From: a virus
Taxonomy: Duplodnaviria; Caudoviricetes
Virus record (IMG/VR): IMGVR_UViG_3300021400_000095
Direction: 5' to 3' (one strand)
Length of the DNA: 64,000 bases
Position 1 is the stretch's first letter. Each line of letters begins with the position of its first letter. The notes beneath the pieces are model-generated. The model had not been told where the DNA came from. It worked only from the letters and a program-made list of their open reading frames with translations, and ran no database searches. The position numbers and the translations under genes were made by a program. Shown here piece after piece: positions 58,141-64,000 of this stretch.

Positions 58141-58593
58141 TTATTCAGTTTTATACATTCCATCAGGTGCTTCTATAGCAAGTCCTTTTTCAATTAAACC
58201 CCTATAATCAAAATGATGTGCAAGAAGCCAATCAACTTCATCAACATTAAAATCAAGCCCATGAGTATAAAAATGCTGTAACTCATCATACTCAAATTTT
58301 TCATCTGAAGTCATACTTGACATTGGTCTAAGATAAGGTTTAATATTTTCTATCTCCACATATTCATCAAAATCAAAGCAATATACCAAATCACTTTCAA
58401 TGTCAATTTCAGTTATTTTACTGTCACCATGTCTTAAATCAGTACATATTACACTATATGGCAACCCTCCACAAAGGACTTTTAGTAATAATTGTTTTTC
58501 TTCCTGTGTCATATTACAAAACATTCTTTTATATTCTTTCTGTAGTTCTTCATTTTCATGACCATAGAATGAAAGGATGTCAAACTTCCCCAT
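58141..58593 (-). CDS. family B paralogue (possible start at 58512)
   Basis: Conserved blocks. Confidence 0.8.
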   Translation of the reverse strand: MGKFDILSFYGHENEELQKEYKRMFCNMTQEEKQLLLKVLCGGLPYSVICTDLRHGDSKITEIDIESDLVYCFDFDEYVEIENIKPYLRPMSSMTSDEKFEYDELQHFYTHGLDFNVDEVDWLLAHHFDYRGLIEKGLAIEAPDGMYKTE

Positions 58594-58595
58594 AT

Positions 58596-59027
58596 TTATT
58601 CAGTTTTATACATTCCTTCAGGTGCTTCAAGAGCAAGTCCTTGTTCAATTAAACCACAATAGTCAAAATGATGTGCATTAAGCCAATCAAATACTTTAAT
58701 GACACAATAATGTGGTACTTCTGAAAGATAAAATTCAAGTGTTTTGCAATTATCCCATTCTACCAATTCAAGTTGGTCATATTGCAATTCTGTTACAGTT
58801 GTCAAATTTATAAATTCTTCCTCAGTCATACTTGATATTGGTCTAAGATAAGGTTTAATATCTTCAACCTTGTACTTATATTTACCATTGTCAAATTCAA
58901 GGCAATAAACCTTATAAGGAGATACTGACAAAAGTTTCTTGGCCTGTCCAAGTCTATTACAAATCACCCCATAAGGCAATCTTGCACAAAGGTCTTTCAA
59001 CAACAATTGTTTTTCTTCTTGTGTCAT
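58596..59027 (-). CDS. family B paralogue
   Basis: Conserved blocks. Confidence 0.85.
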   Translation of the reverse strand: MTQEEKQLLLKDLCARLPYGVICNRLGQAKKLLSVSPYKVYCLEFDNGKYKYKVEDIKPYLRPISSMTEEEFINLTTVTELQYDQLELVEWDNCKTLEFYLSEVPHYCVIKVFDWLNAHHFDYCGLIEQGLALEAPEGMYKTE

Positions 59028-59031
59028 TTTC

Positions 59032-59292
59032 TTACTTCTTCAAATAGTTAATAAAGTTTTCAATAATATAGTTTGACATGTCATCAGGATGATTAAAACC
59101 AAGTTTTTTAAGAGCAATCTTTAAATCTGTTTCTTCATCTTCCCATAACTTCCAGTTATTCCTAATCCATCTTCCTAAAGTGTGATGAACAGAAATTGCA
59201 CCATTTTCAATAAGATATTCTTTATCTTCATTAGTAATCATTGAATTTAGCAAATCAATGCATTCATCAATGTTATTAGGTATTTTGTCCAT
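59032..59292 (-). CDS. DUF6794-like protein
   Basis: HHTLGRWIRNNWKLW...GFNHPDDMSNYII. Confidence 0.65.
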   Translation of the reverse strand: MDKIPNNIDECIDLLNSMITNEDKEYLIENGAISVHHTLGRWIRNNWKLWEDEETDLKIALKKLGFNHPDDMSNYIIENFINYLKK

Positions 59293-59304
59293 ATTAGTAT
59301 TTGT

Positions 59305-59913
59305 TTAATCAGTATATCCTTTGTCTTCCCACCATTCTTTATGTAGATATTTTTCAAGTGTCCAATCATTATCATAAAGTGGATTTCTTACAAATTTATA
59401 GTTAGTTTGTCCATCATGATGTTCTTTTGGAAAATCCATTTCAGTAATATCAATACCATCAATAAGAGCATGGAGAATTGTCAATATTTTTTCTGTGGTT
59501 TCAATAAATTTACTAAGATACTTTTGTTTATAAAAAGCATTATCCCAGTTGCTTTTCAATGCCCACTTGATTCCTCTTAAATCATGATATGCTTCATTAA
59601 TAAGAGCAATATTTGGATTAGCCCAAATTTCAGCATTATCTTTAAAATGAAAATATCCATCTGGACTATTACTATCTTTATAGTGAAGCACTCTATCTCT
59701 TACATATCTGTAATAAAGATAAATTCCATTATTTGAAAGTTCATATGTGTCATACACATATCTTCCAATCAGTTTAATAATGTCATCATCATATAAATCA
59801 AAATATTCATCCAAAAGATATTTTTCTGGAGATTTTCTAAACTCATGATTTTTAATTTTATCATGCAATACTCTCAATTTGTTAAGAGTTTCTTGTGATA
59901 TTGGTTTAAACAT
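59305..59913 (-). CDS. hypothetical protein
   Basis: ORF track. Confidence 0.8.
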   Translation of the reverse strand: MFKPISQETLNKLRVLHDKIKNHEFRKSPEKYLLDEYFDLYDDDIIKLIGRYVYDTYELSNNGIYLYYRYVRDRVLHYKDSNSPDGYFHFKDNAEIWANPNIALINEAYHDLRGIKWALKSNWDNAFYKQKYLSKFIETTEKILTILHALIDGIDITEMDFPKEHHDGQTNYKFVRNPLYDNDWTLEKYLHKEWWEDKGYTD

Positions 59914-59921
59914 ATATTTAG

Positions 59922-60458
59922 TTAATTATTAAATCCCATACATTCTCTATTAAAACAAATAATAGGATTGTTCCTATCAATATATCCATGTTCAATAATA
60001 TTCCTAATAGAAGAAGGTTCATCAAAAACACATCTACTTAGAATATTACACATTAAAATATTAGATGCATCAATTAAATTTTGGTCTAATGGAAGATTAT
60101 ACCATGCTGCTTCACTAAGTTCACTGACAAACATTCCTGTTGCAAAAGCATTTAAGTTATACTTTTCAGCAAAAACATTTGCATTACACCAAAAGCAAAT
60201 AACAGGTTTATCTCTAAAAAATTGCAAATCTTCTGAGGTTATAACATACCTGTTACCAATCTTATCAAGAAGTCCATATTCAGTACCATGTCCAAGAAAA
60301 ACAATCCTGTCAGCATCTGCAAGTGCTGCTCTTATTGAGTGACTTGAAATTCTTGTACCTTCAAGTACAGTTATACCATCATTGTTTAAATAATCATTAT
60401 AAACAATGTTTAAAAACTCAGTTGAAGGGTCTGTTGGATGTATAAACAATGTTCTCAT
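59922..60458 (-). CDS. putative caspase/gingipain-fold (His-Cys) peptidase
   Basis: IVFLGHG and ICFWCNA motifs. Confidence 0.45.
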   Translation of the reverse strand: MRTLFIHPTDPSTEFLNIVYNDYLNNDGITVLEGTRISSHSIRAALADADRIVFLGHGTEYGLLDKIGNRYVITSEDLQFFRDKPVICFWCNANVFAEKYNLNAFATGMFVSELSEAAWYNLPLDQNLIDASNILMCNILSRCVFDEPSSIRNIIEHGYIDRNNPIICFNRECMGFNN

Positions 60459-60516
60459 ATTAATTAATATATTATCTTTCTCCTTTTAATATCAAAAATC
60501 ATGCCATGATTTTATT

Positions 60517-60957
60517 TTAAATCAAATTTTCAAGGCAATATTTGATTGCTGCTTCACAGGCATCTTCATAAGAAGGATAGTTAACTGCTTTATGTGGAAG
60601 ATAGGTTTTTATCTCTGTATCATGGTCTTGGACAATCTCTTTTAGGGAAGTTATTTGAATATGCCAGCCTAATCTGAAATCATAACCAACATCACAGTGA
60701 AGATTATGCCATTTTCTCAGCCACTTCATGACCATTTGGAGGGTTGGTGCTGACATTTTTCTACTTGAAATATTAATGTGAACATCTAATTCATTATTTT
60801 CTATAGATGCATTGTGATTTTCTCTTATTGGGCTATAACATAAAGTCCTTGTAACTGAATCTTCAATATAGTAACAATTTGTATTACAATCAAACCCCTT
60901 CTCTTTCAGGAGTTTGGCTGTTTCAAAACTTACATAATCTTCAGAAATCATATTCAT
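60517..60957 (-). CDS. family A paralogue
   Basis: Conserved blocks. Confidence 0.85.
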   Translation of the reverse strand: MNMISEDYVSFETAKLLKEKGFDCNTNCYYIEDSVTRTLCYSPIRENHNASIENNELDVHINISSRKMSAPTLQMVMKWLRKWHNLHCDVGYDFRLGWHIQITSLKEIVQDHDTEIKTYLPHKAVNYPSYEDACEAAIKYCLENLI

Positions 60958-61169
60958 TATGCTTCAAAATCATCTAAATATACAAACTCTCCAAATAATT
61001 CATCTGGCCCATTTTCATCATACCTAATCCCATAGACAACCACACAAGGATATTTTTCAGGGCCTACCCAAAAATCAGACACAACCCTTCCATGCTCAGG
61101 AATTATTCCAGTATGGTCATCTACAAAAGAGACAAAATCATCATAACTGTTAAGTAAAATCTTATTCAT
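60957..61169 (-). CDS. hypothetical protein
   Basis: ORF track. Confidence 0.7.
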   Translation of the reverse strand: MNKILLNSYDDFVSFVDDHTGIIPEHGRVVSDFWVGPEKYPCVVVYGIRYDENGPDELFGEFVYLDDFEA

Positions 61170-61172
61170 ATC

Positions 61173-61568
61173 TCATTCATTTTTATACATTCCATATGGT
61201 GCTTCAAGAGCAAGACCTTTTTCAATTAGATGATGAAAGTCAAAATGGTGGCTGTTAAACCAATCATGAAGTTCAGAAATTTTTTCTTCCAGCCTTTCAT
61301 CACAACTTTCTGCAATATTGTTTTTGTAAATTTGCCATTCTTTATCTTCTTCCTCAGTCATACTTGACATTGGCCTGAGATAAGGCTTAATACTGTTAAT
61401 TCTGAATGGGTCAGAATCAACATTTAGATAGATTTCTTCTCCATCAACTCCACATAGTAGGCATTTTTCTGGTTTACCATAAGCACCAGGATTTAACTGC
61501 ACAAGAGTGTCATAGGGAATCCTTGCACAAAGGTCTTTGAGTAGTAGTTCTTTTTCTTCCTGTGTCAT
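61173..61568 (-). CDS. family B paralogue
   Basis: Conserved blocks; sigma54-like motif upstream. Confidence 0.85.
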   Translation of the reverse strand: MTQEEKELLLKDLCARIPYDTLVQLNPGAYGKPEKCLLCGVDGEEIYLNVDSDPFRINSIKPYLRPMSSMTEEEDKEWQIYKNNIAESCDERLEEKISELHDWFNSHHFDFHHLIEKGLALEAPYGMYKNE

Positions 61569-61672
61569 ATTATTTACTGTTTTTATTCATCTATTGGATA
61601 TCAAAAATCATACCAAAGTATTAGTCTTTACTCATTTTGTCAATCTTTTCCAAGATTTCTTTTACTATTAAA

Positions 61673-61969
61673 TTAAAACAAGTGTGAACAATTAAGTAAA
61701 TTAACAATTTTTTTTGTTTCATTATCATCACAATTAAAGAATTGCTTCACATATTCAGTTATTGTTACAAAGCCATTTTCTTTATTGTTTGTAAAATATT
61801 TGTCAAGGAATTCAGAAATTGAATTCCTGATTTTTTCAGCATCTTCTTCACTATAATTCAAACCATCTTCAAGATAATGGTGTAGATATGAAACACCAAT
61901 ATTTGGATAGATGGAATTATAATCAACAAGAAGATTCTTAATATTTTCAATAATTTCAGTATTTACCAT
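61673..61969 (-). CDS. hypothetical protein
   Basis: ORF track. Confidence 0.7.
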   Translation of the reverse strand: MVNTEIIENIKNLLVDYNSIYPNIGVSYLHHYLEDGLNYSEEDAEKIRNSISEFLDKYFTNNKENGFVTITEYVKQFFNCDDNETKKIVNLLNCSHLF

Positions 61970-62049
61970 ATGTTTATCTTTTTATATTTTAAAAACTATT
62001 TATTAATATAGAATTTATTTACTTATAATGTTTTTTATTTATTTTATTT

Positions 62050-62298
62050 TTAAGTGAATAATTCAAAAAAGTCAACAATAAACCATTTAATGAACATGAT
62101 GACAATATAGAGGACTATAATTGAAAGAAAAACTAACATAAACCACCAACTAAGAAAAGACAGTAGGAATAGGAATATGTGAAAAGGTGTTAATCTATGA
62201 AATCCAACAAACTTATAATAGTTCAAGGATACAAATATAGAAAAAAAAGCAAGTACAAAACCAAGCCAATAAAAAGAAGTCATTAAAATTGTCATCAT
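62050..62298 (-). CDS. membrane protein
   Basis: Strongly hydrophobic; sigma54-like motif upstream. Confidence 0.7.
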   Translation of the reverse strand: MMTILMTSFYWLGFVLAFFSIFVSLNYYKFVGFHRLTPFHIFLFLLSFLSWWFMLVFLSIIVLYIVIMFIKWFIVDFFELFT

Positions 62299-62355
62299 AA
62301 TAAATTAAATTTGTTGCTTGTTTAATAACAAAAACCATGCCAAAATATTAATATC

Positions 62356-62715
62356 ATGACAATAAAAGAACAAAATGAATTGAAATCAACAATCAAACAA
62401 ATGGTCAGGGAATCATTGTTTGATTTAATTAATAAGAATGAAACAAAGTCTTCAGAAGATAACACTGATTCTGATAATTCTAAAAAGCCAACTTCAAAGA
62501 ACAAGGAAACAAGAGTTATTCAAGCACTTAAGAGTGATGGTGTAGATATGGCACAATATGCTTATAAATTATGGCCAGATAAAGATAAAGATAGTGCAAG
62601 AAGTTATTTTTATAAATGTCTTAATAAAGAAAAAAATGATAATGGTGATACATATTCATTTAATGATGATGAATTTGTCAAACTTCACTCAATGTTAACC
62701 AATCAACAACTTTAA
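62356..62715 (+). CDS. hypothetical protein with helical leader (ELKSTIKQMVRESL)
   Basis: ORF track. Confidence 0.8.
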   Translation: MTIKEQNELKSTIKQMVRESLFDLINKNETKSSEDNTDSDNSKKPTSKNKETRVIQALKSDGVDMAQYAYKLWPDKDKDSARSYFYKCLNKEKNDNGDTYSFNDDEFVKLHSMLTNQQL

Positions 62716-62876
62716 TAAAATATATAATAACATAAAAAAATATTTGTCACTATTTGATTTTTTTTCATGTTAATGGAAAATTGCTGTAATTCCTGCAATC
62801 TATTATCCAACTGTATTTTAAGAAACTAAAAGAGAAGAAGACAAAAAGGTTCAGGAATAAAACTGAACCTTTTTTT

Positions 62877-63527
62877 ATGGAAAGAATTTTAAAAGAAAAT
62901 AGAGATATTATAACACCAGATAAATTGAGAGTAAGAAATTGGCATCTTTCTCTCTTTCACTGGAATTATGATACATTAACTTTATCTTTTGATGGTGAAA
63001 CCATTTATTATGGAAATTCATCATTGAAACACCCTATTATACACATGAAATTAAAAAATAATGATTTATTTGATTTTAGATATTGGTATAATGAAAATTT
63101 AATTTGCTGTTGGTCTTATGATGAAAATACTGTTGATGTCCTTAAAAAAATTAAAAATGCATATAAAAATAATAAAATAAAAAAAATTGAAAGCCTTGAT
63201 GATAAAAGATTCTATTATTATACAAAAGACCCTAAATTTTTTGATGTAAATACAGTTGATATTATATTTGAACAAAATATTAATGATAAAAAATATATTG
63301 TTAAATGTAAATTTGATGAACTTGATAATGTTACAGAAATGTCATCAAATAACCACCTTAGGCAATACCATGTCATGCCACCTCAATTGAAATTTCAAGA
63401 ACTTTCTAGTAATAAACAACTCATGTCTGAAAGACAATACTATATCCAAGAAGGGCAAAAAGCATGGGTTGCAAAACATGGTGATATTGACCCTGCTTAT
63501 TATCATTTACTTATGTATGAAGAATAA
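62877..63527 (+). CDS. hypothetical protein
   Basis: ORF track. Confidence 0.8.
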   Translation: MERILKENRDIITPDKLRVRNWHLSLFHWNYDTLTLSFDGETIYYGNSSLKHPIIHMKLKNNDLFDFRYWYNENLICCWSYDENTVDVLKKIKNAYKNNKIKKIESLDDKRFYYYTKDPKFFDVNTVDIIFEQNINDKKYIVKCKFDELDNVTEMSSNNHLRQYHVMPPQLKFQELSSNKQLMSERQYYIQEGQKAWVAKHGDIDPAYYHLLMYEE

Positions 63528-63567
63528 TCTGAAAGTTACAAGTTTTTTTATAAAATAATATATAAAA

Positions 63568-63604
63568 ATAAAGGTCAAGGAAAATTGTCTTCCTTGACCT
63601 TTAT
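63568..63604. terminator. bidirectional intrinsic terminator
   Basis: ATAAAGGTCAAGGAA...TTCCTTGACCTTTAT. Confidence 0.75.
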
Positions 63605-63620
63605 TAACAATAATTAAATA

Positions 63621-63998
63621 TTACTTTTTGATTTGAAGTACTCTATTAGACCCTTCTTCTTTCTTTACATTTTTCTGTGAGCATTTGATAACAAGTTCTT
63701 GTCCATCAAGTTCAGCAGCAAGTGTATTAGGGTCTGCATTTTCTGGTAATGAATATTCAAAATCACCCATCATTTTGCTATTTTTATCAGTATACTGATA
63801 TGTTACATGAACAACATTTTCATCAACAACATTAATTGAGACATGTGTGTCAGTAACTTTTTCAGGCAAATGAATTTTCACTTCATATCCATTATCAGTT
63901 TTACTAAAACCATCATTAAAAATAGATGCTTCATTAACATTTGTAAGGTTACTAAAATTATTGGTAAAAACCTTATTAAACCAATCATCATCAAGAAA
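63621..63998 (-). CDS. small heat-shock (Hsp20/alpha-crystallin) protein, 5'-truncated by window
   Basis: DNGYEVKIHLP...FEYSLPENADPNTLAAELDGQELVI...VLQIK; frame open to the window end. Confidence 0.7.
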   Translation of the reverse strand, partial: FLDDDWFNKVFTNNFSNLTNVNEASIFNDGFSKTDNGYEVKIHLPEKVTDTHVSINVVDENVVHVTYQYTDKNSKMMGDFEYSLPENADPNTLAAELDGQELVIKCSQKNVKKEEGSNRVLQIKK

Positions 63999-64000
63999 AC

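Noticed and set aside
62775-62796. Third ACAGCAA stem on the - strand (CAGGAATTACAGCAATTTTCC)
   Set aside because: Only a 4-bp helix and no 3' CTG; the alternative partner sequence overlaps a terminator hairpin
1-64000. Lak-like TAG-to-Gln recoding
   Set aside because: TAG ends many ORFs cleanly just before the next gene or promoter (1344, 3858, 4763, 7066, 7812, 19063), and long genes are intact in code 11

Overview
A 64-kb segment of a very AT-rich (about 25% GC by eye) large or jumbo phage genome read in the standard genetic code. The host is most likely Bacteroidota, judging from TAnnTTTG promoters and a Bacteroidota-type lipoprotein. Positions 1-23.2 kb hold about 55 small, mostly acidic + strand ORFs. 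Most transcription units there carry a sigma54-like TGGCAY-N5-TTG(C) motif. This region also has a ~550-nt structured ncRNA candidate behind a repeat/promoter cluster, and a tRNA cluster. The cluster contains tRNA(CAU), a D-armless tRNA-like RNA with a UAU anticodon, an 'ACAGCAA' stem RNA, and tRNA-Leu(UAA) split by a group I intron in its D-loop. At about 23.3-23.5 kb a strand-skew switch with short repeats marks a candidate origin. Positions 23.7-41 kb hold four BspA-like LRR paralogues, a Nudix hydrolase, a PD-(D/E)XK nuclease, an ART-fold protein and a UvrD helicase. Positions 41-62 kb (- strand) hold arrays of conserved-end/variable-middle paralogues, an IS200/IS605-type MITE disrupting a small gene, DUF1848, a second Nudix, and a DUF2828/vWA (Ro60/TROVE-like architecture) gene whose 5' UTR carries the same ACAGCAA stem as the free RNA in the tRNA cluster. 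CpG is almost absent outside structured RNAs. All family assignments come from recognising motifs by eye, not from database searches.
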